Source of the DNA: an uncultured Chloroflexia bacterium
GTDB taxonomy: Bacteria > Chloroflexota > Chloroflexia > QHBQ01 > JADMIH01
NCBI GenBank assembly: GCA_963797095.1
Contig: CAWCNY010000006.1
Location: 96,001 to 160,000, forward strand
Reading direction: 5' to 3'
Length of the DNA stretch: 64,000 nt
A model generated the notes under the pieces. It worked only from the letters and a program-made list of their open reading frames with translations, had not been told where the DNA came from and did not search any database. Position numbers and translations under genes: made by a program. Shown in pieces: positions 1 through 9,829 of this stretch; within the stretch, counting starts at the first letter, position 1, and every line of letters starts with the position of its first letter.

Positions 1-154
1 GCCCCACCACGAGGTAGAATGACCAGGCAGGAACCGGCAGCAGCCGCACCCAATCGGTGAAGCGGTCTACCCAGCTTGGGGCGTATGCGTAGGCGATGCG
101 TTCGTCCTGTCTGACCGTGCTATCGGTAATGGCGGCCATTTTGTCCCCAACCAT
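1..154 (-). CDS. N-terminal fragment of a probable membrane protein (runs off the window start)
   Basis: Open frame read manually from ATG at 154: MVGDKMAAITDSTVRQDERIAYAYAPSWVDRFTDWVRLLPVPAWSFYLVVG..., ending in a hydrophobic segment. Divergent from the helicase gene. Confidence 0.55.
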   Translation of the reverse strand, partial: MVGDKMAAITDSTVRQDERIAYAYAPSWVDRFTDWVRLLPVPAWSFYLVVG

Positions 155-411
155 GCCTGCGAAAGCGATGATGCTATTTGACACCGGTTACCGGCAGATC
201 ACGGAATTATAAGATATCGAGATTATACATGAGCCGCCAAATAACGCCAGATCTTATTCCGCAGCATGCTAATCACGGGCAGTTGAGTCCCTTCCAAAGA
301 TCGGCGAAATGTGGATTCTTTGTGCCTGATCCGCTCATTGTGGTAGAATTAGAGTCCGTGATGCCCTTTGTGCACGCGGAAAATAATAATGGAGAGAGGT
401 CAGAGTAGCCC

Positions 412-2430
412 ATGGTATATGCCCCCCAAAACCCCCTGATTGTGCAGAGCGACCGTTCTCTCCTCCTCGAAGTGGATAACCCGCTTTATTCGGCGGCGCG
501 TGACGAGCTTGCTCGCTTTGCTGAGCTTGAGAAAAGCCCGGAGCACATCCACACGTACAGGATCACGCCGCTTTCGCTTTGGAATGCCGCTTCGGCAGGG
601 CTTACGCCTGAGGCCGCGGTCGAGATACTGGCCCGGTATTCCAAGTTCGACCTGCCCAACAACGTCCTGATCGATATCAAGGACTATATTTCGCGGTTTG
701 GTCGGCTGAAGCTGGTGAAGTCGGATGCGGGTGAGCTTCTTCTGAAGTCGGAAGACCCGATGCTGATCGCCGAGGTGGCCCGCAACAAGCGGGTGCAGCC
801 GCATGTGCTGGCGCAGCCCAACCGCAACACGCTCCAGATCGATCCACGAATGAGAGGGCATGTCAAGCAGGCTCTTGTGCTGTTTGGCTTTCCGGCGGAG
901 GACCTTGCAGGGTACAACGAAGGTACGCCACTTGCTGTTGAGCTTCGCCCCGCCACTTTGGATGGCGGCTTATTCGGGTTGAGAGCTTACCAGGAGGACG
1001 CTATCGCCTCGTTCTGGGCGGGGGGGACAGTGCATGGCGGCAGCGGGGTGGTAGTGCTGCCATGTGGCGCGGGTAAGACGGTGGTGGGTATGGGGACGAT
1101 GGCCCAGGCCGATACGCATACTCTTATTCTCACGCCATCCACTATAGCCGTGCGCCAGTGGATCAGCGAGCTTCTTGATAAGACCAGCCTTACAGCCGAG
1201 CAGGTGGGCGAGTACAGCGGCGATAAGAAAGAGATTCGCCCGGTCACGATCACTACGTACCAGATGCTTACTTACCGCCCGTTCAAGGTTGACCGTGCAA
1301 CGGGCGAGATCGGCGAGTTCCCGCACTTCGATATATTTACCAAGCACGACTGGGGGCTTATCATTTACGACGAGGTGCATTTGCTTCCTGCTCCGATATT
1401 CCGAATTACGGCCGAGATACAGGCGCGCCGCCGGCTCGGTCTGACAGCCACGCTAGTGCGCGAGGATGGGCACGAGACAGATGTGTTTTCGCTTATAGGG
1501 CCCAAGAAGTACGATGTTCCGTGGAAAGAGCTTGAGAGGCAGGGCTGGATCGCCACCGCGCAGTGTACCGAGGTGCGCATGCCCCTCACCCCGGAAGAGC
1601 GCACTGAGTACGTGCACACCGAAGACAGCCGCATCAAGTACAGGATCGCCGCCGAGAACCCTATCAAGATGGACGTTCTTGAAGAATTGCTCAAGCGGCA
1701 CGAAACCGATTCCGTGCTGGTGATCGGGCAGTATTTGCACCAGTTGAAGGGGATCGCGGCCAAGTTCAACGCGCCGCTTGTCACAGGCAAGACGCCCAAT
1801 GTGGAGCGCGACCGCCTCTATGAGGATTTCCGCACAGGCGAGATCAATCTGCTGGTGGTGAGCAAGGTCGCGAACTTCGCGATCGATCTGCCGGATGCTA
1901 ATGTAGCTATCCAGGTGAGCGGCACTTTCGGGTCGCGGCAGGAGGAGGCGCAGCGCTTGGGACGCATCCTTCGACCCAAGAAAGACGGCTCAATCGCTAA
2001 TTTCTATACTCTGGTTACAAGAGATACCAAAGACCAGGACTTTTCTACCAATCGCCAGCTATTCCTAACCGAGCAAGGTTACAGTTATAATATAATAGAC
2101 GCCTCAGAGGTCGTACCTACGCTGCCGGAGAAAATTGCGGAGTTAGAGGCCGAGTTGGAGCGCAAGAAGCTGTCGGGCGAGTGGGATATAGATGCCCGTC
2201 TTGAAGGGCGTCGCCATGTCGCCAGGTCAGATGACGACGAGAACGGCGATGCGTCTGCGAAGCCGAAGCGAGGGCGCAAGCCCAAGGCCAAGACTGAGCC
2301 GGTGGAAGTAGAAGCGGAGGCGGCAGTGGAGGCTGATGTGGCGGCAGGGGCGGAGGACCAACAACCGCAGAAGCGCCGAGGTCGCCCGCCCAAGAATCAG
2401 AGTCGAGACCACCTGCGATTGGTCAAGTAA
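412..2430 (+). CDS. XPB/Ssl2-like SF2 DNA repair helicase with N-terminal helicase-associated domain
   Basis: N-terminal PLIVQSDRSLLLEV...LEKSPEHIHTYRITPLSLWNAA, Walker A LPCGAGKT, DEVH, GLTAT, REDG, QRLGRILR. GGAG/GAGG upstream. Confidence 0.92.
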   Translation: MVYAPQNPLIVQSDRSLLLEVDNPLYSAARDELARFAELEKSPEHIHTYRITPLSLWNAASAGLTPEAAVEILARYSKFDLPNNVLIDIKDYISRFGRLKLVKSDAGELLLKSEDPMLIAEVARNKRVQPHVLAQPNRNTLQIDPRMRGHVKQALVLFGFPAEDLAGYNEGTPLAVELRPATLDGGLFGLRAYQEDAIASFWAGGTVHGGSGVVVLPCGAGKTVVGMGTMAQADTHTLILTPSTIAVRQWISELLDKTSLTAEQVGEYSGDKKEIRPVTITTYQMLTYRPFKVDRATGEIGEFPHFDIFTKHDWGLIIYDEVHLLPAPIFRITAEIQARRRLGLTATLVREDGHETDVFSLIGPKKYDVPWKELERQGWIATAQCTEVRMPLTPEERTEYVHTEDSRIKYRIAAENPIKMDVLEELLKRHETDSVLVIGQYLHQLKGIAAKFNAPLVTGKTPNVERDRLYEDFRTGEINLLVVSKVANFAIDLPDANVAIQVSGTFGSRQEEAQRLGRILRPKKDGSIANFYTLVTRDTKDQDFSTNRQLFLTEQGYSYNIIDASEVVPTLPEKIAELEAELERKKLSGEWDIDARLEGRRHVARSDDDENGDASAKPKRGRKPKAKTEPVEVEAEAAVEADVAAGAEDQQPQKRRGRPPKNQSRDHLRLVK

Positions 2431-2446
2431 TCAATTGGAGGCTAAG

Positions 2447-3799
2447 TTGCCGGTCGTTGCAGTTATAGGCTGCCAGTGGGGAGATGAAGGTAAAGGCAAG
2501 GTTGTGGACCTGCTTGCCGAGCAGGCGAGCGTGGTCGCGCGCTGCAATGGCGGCACCAACGCCGGGCACACGATAGTCAATTCACTGGGCACGTTTCGCC
2601 AGCGCCTGATCCCTTCCGGCATTTTTCACCCTCACGCCATCTGCATAATAGGTAACGGTGTGGTGGTAGACCCCGCCATCCTCCTGGACGAGATGAAGAC
2701 CCTTTCGGCGGTGGGTGTCGATATGTCGCGGCTCTTGATAAGCGATCGCGCTCATGTGATCATGCCCTACCACAAGATGCTCGATGCGCTTGAGGATGAT
2801 GCGAGGGCAAAGACGGGTAGCGGGCCACTGGGGACAACCCGCCGGGGTATCGGGCCGGTGTACGTCGACAGAGCCGCCCGCTCCGGCATTCGTATGGGCG
2901 ATCTTCTGCACGAGGAGACGCTGCTTACGAAGCTATCTTCGGTGCTCCCGGCCAAGAACGACCTGCTCACCAAGCTGTATGGCGCTCAACCTCTTGAGCT
3001 TCACAGCGTTTACCTGAAGCTGGTTGAGCAAGGTCAGCAGCTTCGCAAGCATATTATGCCTACAGAGCTTGTGATTGCCCGTGCGCTCCAGGATAAGCGG
3101 GCGATTCTCCTTGAAGGGGCACAGGCCGCTCTGCTCGACCTCGATTTCGGGACTTACCCTTATGTCACTTCGAGCAATCCTACGGCGGCGGGGCTTTGCG
3201 TGGGTTCGGGCACGCCGCCTAACCAGCTAAGCTCGATAGTGGGTGTGTATAAGGCTTACCAGACTCGCGTGGGCGAAGGACCTTTCCCTACGGAGATCGA
3301 TGGCGACCTGGCCGACTTTCTGCGTGAGCAAGGGGGGGCTGGTCACGGCGAATATGGGACGGTTACAGGCCGCCCGCGCCGCGTCGGGTGGTTTGATGCC
3401 GTGGCCGCCCGCTATGTAGCCACTCTCAACGGGCTTACCGGGCTTGCGATTACCCGCCTCGATGCTTTGGACAAGTTCGACACGATCAAGATTTGCACGG
3501 CGTATGTGGTGAACGACGCCCATCTCAACCACCTACCGGCCGATATATCCATACTCGAATCGGTGGAGTGCCAGTATGAGGAACACCCCGGCTGGCTGAC
3601 CGACACCTCAGAAGCGCGCTCCTGGCCCGAGCTCCCGGACAATGCCCGCGCTTACCTCGACCGTCTATCGCATCTGCTGGGCACGCCTCTTGACATAATA
3701 TCGGTTGGGCCGCACCGAGAGCAGACCATCATGTTGCGCAACCCGTACAAGGTGGTGCCGCAGCAGGTGGGGCAGTTGTTGCAATCGCTGGGCGACTGA
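2447..3799 (+). CDS. purA: Adenylosuccinate synthetase
   Basis: QWGDEGKGK, GGTNAGHT, LEGAQ, GTYPYVTSS, EYGTVTGRPRRVGWFD. TTG start at 2447 after GGAGG. Confidence 0.97.
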   Translation: MPVVAVIGCQWGDEGKGKVVDLLAEQASVVARCNGGTNAGHTIVNSLGTFRQRLIPSGIFHPHAICIIGNGVVVDPAILLDEMKTLSAVGVDMSRLLISDRAHVIMPYHKMLDALEDDARAKTGSGPLGTTRRGIGPVYVDRAARSGIRMGDLLHEETLLTKLSSVLPAKNDLLTKLYGAQPLELHSVYLKLVEQGQQLRKHIMPTELVIARALQDKRAILLEGAQAALLDLDFGTYPYVTSSNPTAAGLCVGSGTPPNQLSSIVGVYKAYQTRVGEGPFPTEIDGDLADFLREQGGAGHGEYGTVTGRPRRVGWFDAVAARYVATLNGLTGLAITRLDALDKFDTIKICTAYVVNDAHLNHLPADISILESVECQYEEHPGWLTDTSEARSWPELPDNARAYLDRLSHLLGTPLDIISVGPHREQTIMLRNPYKVVPQQVGQLLQSLGD

Positions 3800-3868
3800 G
3801 CGTCAGTGTGAGCCGCAACCGGTGGATGGGCGCAAGCTCTCAGGGCCGATGATATACTTGCAATTGCG

Positions 3869-5341
3869 ATGTGCATCCCACCCTCACCCGATCCTACCCA
3901 CTTCACCAAAGAAGTCACCGAAGCCCATTTAGCCGCTATATGGAACGAGCAATCGCCCCTGCGCGGCCCCATGTGGGACTGCACGGGGCAGCCGGTTGCT
4001 ATTGTGCACAGGGGGCGGTGGACGGCGGGTAGCGGGCCTGACTTTTCAGGCGCGATGCTTGGTCTTGGCGAGGGAGGGGCCAGGCTGGTAAGGGGCGATG
4101 TGGAGATGCACCTTCGGTGCGGCGACTGGTACGCTCACGGGCACGATTCCGACCCACGCTACAACTCGGTTGCTTTGCATGTTGTGCTCTGGCCCCTGGG
4201 TGCCAGGCCCGTCACCCGAGCCGACGGCGTCACAGTGCCCACGCTGGTGCTCGCCGACTACATTACCCTCGCCACACCCGATTTGCTGAACCGGATAACC
4301 CCGCTCGTGCCCAACCTCGGCACGCTCTCGGAAGAGCCTTGCTGGCAGCGCACCCGCGACTGGCCGGTCGAGCGCTTGCTCGCGGATATAGAAGCGGCGG
4401 GCGATGCACGACTCGAAGAAGAAGTGGCCCGCATGGAAGCGGGATCCGACGTAAACGGCTCGCCCGATGATATTTTCTATAGCGGCCTGTTCGATGCGCT
4501 CGGCTACTCGTCTAATCGCGAGCCAATGCGCGCGCTCGCCGCTGCCCTCCCCATTTCGCATCTCCTCTCGCTGCCTCTCACGCCAGACGAAAAAGAGCGC
4601 GCCACCCTGCTCGAAGCGGTGCTGCTTGGCGCGGCCGGGCTTCTCCCCTCACAGCGCCCTGACCTGACACCCGGCGATTGGGCTACCTCCGAGTACATTG
4701 AGGACGTGGAGCGGCTCTGGCAATCTTCTGCTCTTGCGCTATCGCTTGCTCCGGAGGGGATGGTTCAAGGCTGGCACTGGGACAGGGTGCGGCCTGCCAA
4801 CTCGCCTTTGCGGAGGCTGGCGGCTGCCGCCCGGCTTCTGGCCCGCTATGCCTGGCCGCCCAATGGCCTGGGCATTCTGGCTCCATTCCTCGACAGGACC
4901 GGCACCTTCTCAGCAGATGAGCTTGCGAGGGAATGGACCTCTATGCTGGGCGTGCCGGGGGATGGGTACTGGGCATCGCATAGCGATTTCGGTCGCCCGC
5001 TCGCGGGCCTCGATAGGGATGAGGTGGCTCTTATCGGCCACTCCCGCGCCTCCGATATGGTGGTCAATATTCTCATTCCCGTGCTGCTGGCTTATGCGGA
5101 CACTCACGGCAAACCGCACTTGCGTGAAGAAGCGTGCGTGGTGTATGCGCTCTATCCCAGGCTCCCGGAGAACAAGATCACTCGCGCAATGTCGGACGAA
5201 GCCTTCGGGCCTCGCAAGCGCTCTGCCATCAAGACCGCCCGCCAGCAGCAGGGCCTTATCCATCTTTATCGCCTTTATTGCGAAGCTCGACGCTGCTACG
5301 AATGCCCTGTGTCGGGGCTTAGCGTTGGTGGTAGTCGGTAG
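3869..5341 (+). CDS. DUF2851-family protein
   Basis: GPDF, GDVEMH, W-x-x-HGH-x-x-DPRYNSVALHVV, RVRPANSPLRRLA and C-terminal QQGLIHL...C-x4-C-x2-C match my recollection of this family. Confidence 0.8.
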   Translation: MCIPPSPDPTHFTKEVTEAHLAAIWNEQSPLRGPMWDCTGQPVAIVHRGRWTAGSGPDFSGAMLGLGEGGARLVRGDVEMHLRCGDWYAHGHDSDPRYNSVALHVVLWPLGARPVTRADGVTVPTLVLADYITLATPDLLNRITPLVPNLGTLSEEPCWQRTRDWPVERLLADIEAAGDARLEEEVARMEAGSDVNGSPDDIFYSGLFDALGYSSNREPMRALAAALPISHLLSLPLTPDEKERATLLEAVLLGAAGLLPSQRPDLTPGDWATSEYIEDVERLWQSSALALSLAPEGMVQGWHWDRVRPANSPLRRLAAAARLLARYAWPPNGLGILAPFLDRTGTFSADELAREWTSMLGVPGDGYWASHSDFGRPLAGLDRDEVALIGHSRASDMVVNILIPVLLAYADTHGKPHLREEACVVYALYPRLPENKITRAMSDEAFGPRKRSAIKTARQQQGLIHLYRLYCEARRCYECPVSGLSVGGSR

Positions 5342-5459
5342 CCGATAGTCAGATTATGGTTCCTGGTTGATGGTTGATGGTTGATGGTTGATGGTAATCG
5401 GAGGATTAGTAGCGAATGGGGAATGGGGAATGGGGCGTGAATGGGGAGTAAGGAGTAAG
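5327..5459. repeat. Block of heptamer tandem repeats (GGTAGYC-like, GGTTGAT x4, GAATGGG x3, GGAGTAA x2)
   Basis: 7-nt periodic runs visible directly at and after the DUF2851 stop codon. Confidence 0.85.
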
Positions 5460-5733
5460 AGATTGTCGCTTATCGTGGTCTCAGCCGGGTATTGGCGATA
5501 CCTGATGTAGTAGTACCCATTGGCGATACCTGATTAGGAACTACGTAATCTTCCCAGAAATGGATGCAACGTGTAGAATATGCTGTAGGTCGCACCAGAT
5601 GTGCGAAACCGTACCATGTGCGCGTGGTTTTTGTTATCATTTGAATAGTAGACACTATTCGGCCTGCATCACCCGTCGCTCCCCACTTCTCGCAAGCCAT
5701 TCGTAACTGGTTCGAAAATAGAGAGGGTATGGT

Positions 5734-6657
5734 ATGGTATCTCCCGTAAGTTCGCAACCGGCAATGGTACTGGTAGTTGATGCCGATCCTACTAACCAGC
5801 GCGCCTTGCGCGACCGCCTGCTTCGCCTGGGTTACACAGCCCGCTCGGCTGATGATCATCAGTCTGCCTTCATCATAGTCAGTTCTACTCCTCCCGATGT
5901 GCTCTTGCTGCCCGGCCAGGCTGATCAGGACGAGGGTTGGAAGGTATTGCAGCAGCAACTCGACAACTGGGGTATTCCCGTGCTCAAACTCACACCCCCG
6001 GTGGACGATACCTCTACACAGCTGCTTGATATGCTTGCTGCTATCTCGGATTCCGACCTCAAGATGAGGGTGGAGGGGGCCTTGCGCTCACGCAGCCTTC
6101 TGAAAGCCCTGGCGGTGGAAAACGCCCGGCTGGAAGCGGAGCGTTTGCACGACCCTCTCACCGGCCTGTTCAATAGGCGCTATGTGATGATCCGCGTTGA
6201 AGAAGAGGTGAGGCGTTCATCGCGCCATGCTTATCCACTATCCTGCCTGCTTGTCGATCTCGACAGGTTTGGCGACGTTAACGACAACTGGGGCCATATG
6301 GTGGGGGACGGAGTTCTTCGCGATGTGGCGCATATCGTAACCCGCATCATGCGCTCCACCGACATCGTCTGCCGCTACCGTGACGATGAGTTCCTTGTGC
6401 TGCTGACCGATACCGATGCCCCCGGCGCTCAGATCGCGGCCAACCGCCTCCGCGATGGTATCGCCGCCCACGATTTCTTCAATCGCGAGGGCGACGATCC
6501 GATCAAGATCACGGCTTCTATCGGCATTGCATACTGGGAGCCTACGAGCGGCCAGGCTGCCACCTGGGAACCTCAACTTCTCGCTCTCGCCGAGCGCGCT
6601 CTCAAAGCCGCCAAGCTTTCGGGACCTAACCGGCTGGTTATGCTTCAAGCCGCGTGA
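5734..6657 (+). CDS. Pseudo-receiver + degenerate GGDEF domain protein
   Basis: REC-like N-terminus (VLVVDAD...PPDVLLLP), DPLTGLFNRRY, DLDRFGDVND, RSTD I-site. Active-site motif reads RDDEF. Confidence 0.88.
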   Translation: MVSPVSSQPAMVLVVDADPTNQRALRDRLLRLGYTARSADDHQSAFIIVSSTPPDVLLLPGQADQDEGWKVLQQQLDNWGIPVLKLTPPVDDTSTQLLDMLAAISDSDLKMRVEGALRSRSLLKALAVENARLEAERLHDPLTGLFNRRYVMIRVEEEVRRSSRHAYPLSCLLVDLDRFGDVNDNWGHMVGDGVLRDVAHIVTRIMRSTDIVCRYRDDEFLVLLTDTDAPGAQIAANRLRDGIAAHDFFNREGDDPIKITASIGIAYWEPTSGQAATWEPQLLALAERALKAAKLSGPNRLVMLQAA

Positions 6658-7865
6658 GCCGACTGAGGTTCCTCGGTCTCGGGGCCTTCACAGCAGTGGC
6701 GGCCTGGGGCACATCTCTCATTCTAAAAGGCCTCCAGCCACCCGACCAGGTGCCTCCCGTTGATGGCCTGGAGTCCTCGCCACCCCCAGGTGTCCCTGAG
6801 TGGCCCTTTGTCTCCGTCATAGTGCCTGCTCGCAACGAAGAGCGGAATCTGCCCCGTCTCCTGCCCGGCCTTCTCGACCAGCACTACCCCAATTACGAAG
6901 TTATAGTTGTGGACGACCAATCCACGGATGCTACTCCCGGCATCCTGGCCGAGTGGGCCGCGCGCCACTCACGCCTGCGAGTTGTGCAGGGGAGCGGTAT
7001 CCCGGCAGGTAGCACCTGGAAGGGGAAGCCTCACGCCATGTACCAGGGTGCGCTGGCTGCACGCGGCGGGTGGCTCCTTTTTACGGACGCCGATACCGAG
7101 CACTCGCCCATGTCTCTTTCTTCATCTATCTCCTATGCGCTTGACCATAATGTGGACCTTTTTACTATCGCCCCTCATTTTGAACTGGTCAGCCCGGCTG
7201 AAAAGCTGATCATGCCCATCGCTTACGAGGGCATATTTGTACTATACCCGCCAGCCAGGGTCAACGATCCCAGGGACAAAGTCGCCATAGCGAACGGACA
7301 GTTCATCCTGGTCAAGAGGAGTGTGTACGATACCTCCGGCGGCATAGAGCGGGTGAAGGACTGCATAGCGGAGGACCTGGAGTTTGGGAAGGCGATAAAG
7401 GGGGATGGATACCGCCTGCGGCTGGCGGATGGCCGCCACCTGATGAGCGTCAGGATGTACACAAGCTTTGCCGAGGTGTGGGAGGGTTGGAGCAAGAACG
7501 TGGTGCTGTCGTTCCGCAACAACCCACTTCAAGGATTGCTGGCGGCGCAGGGCACATTCTCTATATCGTTTATGCCTGCTGTGATGGCAAGATGGGTGTG
7601 GCTATCCTGGCAAGCTGCCCGCAGGAGCGGCAACCGGGCAGATAAGGTAGCGGCCACCTGGGTTACATTGCTGGCTGCCTGGAATATCGCCACACCGCTG
7701 GCCGTCCGGTCCAGGGTGGACCGCTTGCTTGGCCTCTCCCCGCTGTGGACGCTCACCCAGCCCGTAGGGGCTACGCTCTTCGGCCTGATAATGCTCACGT
7801 CCTTATACCGGCTTCTCACCGGCAAAGGTGTGACATGGAAAGGCCGGGTCTATAAAGGTGGATAA
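6654..7865 (+). CDS. Glycosyltransferase family 2 (HpnB/CrtQ/CruC-like membrane GT)
   Basis: VSVIVPARNEE, VVDDQSTD, WKGKP, LFTDAD, ANGQF, AEDLEF, C-terminal TM helices and WKGR. GTGA overlap with the upstream gene. Confidence 0.9.
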   Translation: MSRLRFLGLGAFTAVAAWGTSLILKGLQPPDQVPPVDGLESSPPPGVPEWPFVSVIVPARNEERNLPRLLPGLLDQHYPNYEVIVVDDQSTDATPGILAEWAARHSRLRVVQGSGIPAGSTWKGKPHAMYQGALAARGGWLLFTDADTEHSPMSLSSSISYALDHNVDLFTIAPHFELVSPAEKLIMPIAYEGIFVLYPPARVNDPRDKVAIANGQFILVKRSVYDTSGGIERVKDCIAEDLEFGKAIKGDGYRLRLADGRHLMSVRMYTSFAEVWEGWSKNVVLSFRNNPLQGLLAAQGTFSISFMPAVMARWVWLSWQAARRSGNRADKVAATWVTLLAAWNIATPLAVRSRVDRLLGLSPLWTLTQPVGATLFGLIMLTSLYRLLTGKGVTWKGRVYKGG

Positions 7866-7921
7866 AGCGTCCGGTAAGAGAACCGGGTTGAGCAGGGATT
7901 ACAGCCTGGTTATGGGTGCGA

Positions 7922-8758
7922 TTATCCTAAGGCCGGCTGAGCGCCCGGTTCGCTGACCCCTTTGACGAACTGCAATACCTTGCTCCAGACTTGCTCGCGC
8001 TCGGAGTCGAAGGGCACCCCGTGGCCGCTGTTGTGCCACCACACCAATTCTTTCCGCTTCGAGCCTAAATGTTCGTGGAGGTAGCGCGCGCTTTTGGGGT
8101 TGATCACACTGTCCTGCATACCTTGCATGATCAGGGCGGGCGTGGTTACATCGGGCAATATTCTGCGCGTCACCCTCATCAGGTCGAGCAGGTAATCGAC
8201 GGCGATGAGGGGATAGCGGCGGTAGGAATGGTAGCGCTTATGAGCGTCGGGGTCGGTGTGTTTGCCTGGCCTGCGCACGTCGTGCCAGGGGTGGATGTGG
8301 CGCACAATGGGGATCAGGTGGATACGCCTGTCCTGGAAGTAGATCGGTGACGAAATCGTGACGATCCCGCCAATCGAATCGTCGTGTTCTGCGCAAAGAT
8401 GCAGCCCCAGCAGTCCCCCCATAGAGAACCCCACGATCACCACGTTCTCCTTGCTCCTACTCTGCTGGATTTTTCGCAATCCCTCCTGTGCCGAGTATAG
8501 CCAGTCGAGCCAGGTCAGGTCGGTGAGGGCCTCAGGCTCGGTGCCATGCCCTGCCAGCCTGATGCCCTCAACTCTGATGCCATGGTTGGCAAGGTATTCG
8601 CCGAGAGGGCGCATTTCGGGTGGGCTGCCGCTGAACCCATGTATGAGCAGACACGCTGTGGGCGCGTCGGCAGGGCCGAGCGTGAACGGGGTGCGGTCCA
8701 ACTCAGGCTGGGGGGGCATAGGCCTCCTGAACGACAGCCGATCAAATAAACTGGGCAT
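7922..8758 (-). CDS. Carboxylesterase / alpha-beta hydrolase (YvaK-like)
   Basis: LLIHGFSGSP, GHGT, nucleophile motif GFSMG, D and SGH catalytic residues. Confidence 0.9.
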   Translation of the reverse strand: MPSLFDRLSFRRPMPPQPELDRTPFTLGPADAPTACLLIHGFSGSPPEMRPLGEYLANHGIRVEGIRLAGHGTEPEALTDLTWLDWLYSAQEGLRKIQQSRSKENVVIVGFSMGGLLGLHLCAEHDDSIGGIVTISSPIYFQDRRIHLIPIVRHIHPWHDVRRPGKHTDPDAHKRYHSYRRYPLIAVDYLLDLMRVTRRILPDVTTPALIMQGMQDSVINPKSARYLHEHLGSKRKELVWWHNSGHGVPFDSEREQVWSKVLQFVKGVSEPGAQPALG

Positions 8759-8885
8759 TACTCCTTAATGCTACCCCTTCTACTGTCACTTGTCAAAACG
8801 ACATAGGGGGTAAACAAAGTAGAAGGAGGTAGGAAGTGCCAAAGCCAGAGTTGGAAGAAGAATATGCAGTAGGAGCGGCGTCAGG

Positions 8886-9770
8886 TCAAAGGTGACTAAC
8901 AGCCGGTATCACCTCCCGGCCAATCACATCCAGAGGCGTGATCCGGTCCACCAGCGGGACCGCGCCAAACACCGTCTGGATGCCCATGCCTGCGAGCCAT
9001 TGCAACTGCTCGATTAGCCCTTTCGCCTTGGACCCATTCTCCCCAACGTCGAAAAGAAATGGGCAGGTTTTTTCGATGGAATCGTAGTCTCGCCCCTCGG
9101 CCTCGCAATGCCGCCGCAGCACATCCAATTTCTTCGGAATCTCGGGTCCAGGATTTATGTTGCAAGCGTCTGCGTACCGTGCGACAAGGCGCAGTGTCTT
9201 CTGCTCGCCGCTACCGGCAATCATGATCGGTGGGTGCGGGCGGGTGAGGCTCTGCGGCGAATTCAATGCACGTTCGATCTGGAAGTGCTTGCCTCTGTAG
9301 GGTTGGTCGTCGCCGTGCTCCCCGCTCCACATCCGCAAGCAGATTTGCACCGTCTCCTCCAGCATCTCAAAGCGTTCCGCTGTTGAAGGGAAAGGAATGC
9401 CCAACCCCTGCGCTTCATCCGCATAGTCTCCTGCGCCGATGCCCAGCCAGCCACGACCAGCCGCCAGCACATCAAGCGTTGAGACGATCTTCGCCAACAT
9501 CGCGGGGTAACGGAAGTGAGGAGGGGTGGCAAGCGCCATAAGTTTGACACGTTTTGTGCTGGCTGCAAGGTACGCAAGCGCTGTGTAACATTCCGGTATT
9601 TGTCCCTCTACCGGACCCATCCAGGGGGGTACTGCCCACAAATGATCAGCCACAGCGATGGTACTGAAGCCGTTTTCATCTGCGCTCTGGGCTATCTTTG
9701 CCAGTGTGGCACCCAGATTACCGGGACCGCCCTCCCAAATGTAGTTGTTGAGTTGAAGAGCAAGTTTCAT
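8886..9770 (-). CDS. LLM-class (probably F420-dependent) oxidoreductase
   Basis: ADHLW, PAMLAKIVSTLDVL, GIGAG, PPIMIAGSGEQKTLRLVARYADACN. AAAGGAGG RBS. Confidence 0.9.
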   Translation of the reverse strand: MKLALQLNNYIWEGGPGNLGATLAKIAQSADENGFSTIAVADHLWAVPPWMGPVEGQIPECYTALAYLAASTKRVKLMALATPPHFRYPAMLAKIVSTLDVLAAGRGWLGIGAGDYADEAQGLGIPFPSTAERFEMLEETVQICLRMWSGEHGDDQPYRGKHFQIERALNSPQSLTRPHPPIMIAGSGEQKTLRLVARYADACNINPGPEIPKKLDVLRRHCEAEGRDYDSIEKTCPFLFDVGENGSKAKGLIEQLQWLAGMGIQTVFGAVPLVDRITPLDVIGREVIPAVSHL

Positions 9771-9829
9771 GAAATACTACCTCCTTTTGCGAGCGACCTG
9801 ACGATGGTGCCGGGGTGCCGCGGTGCCGG

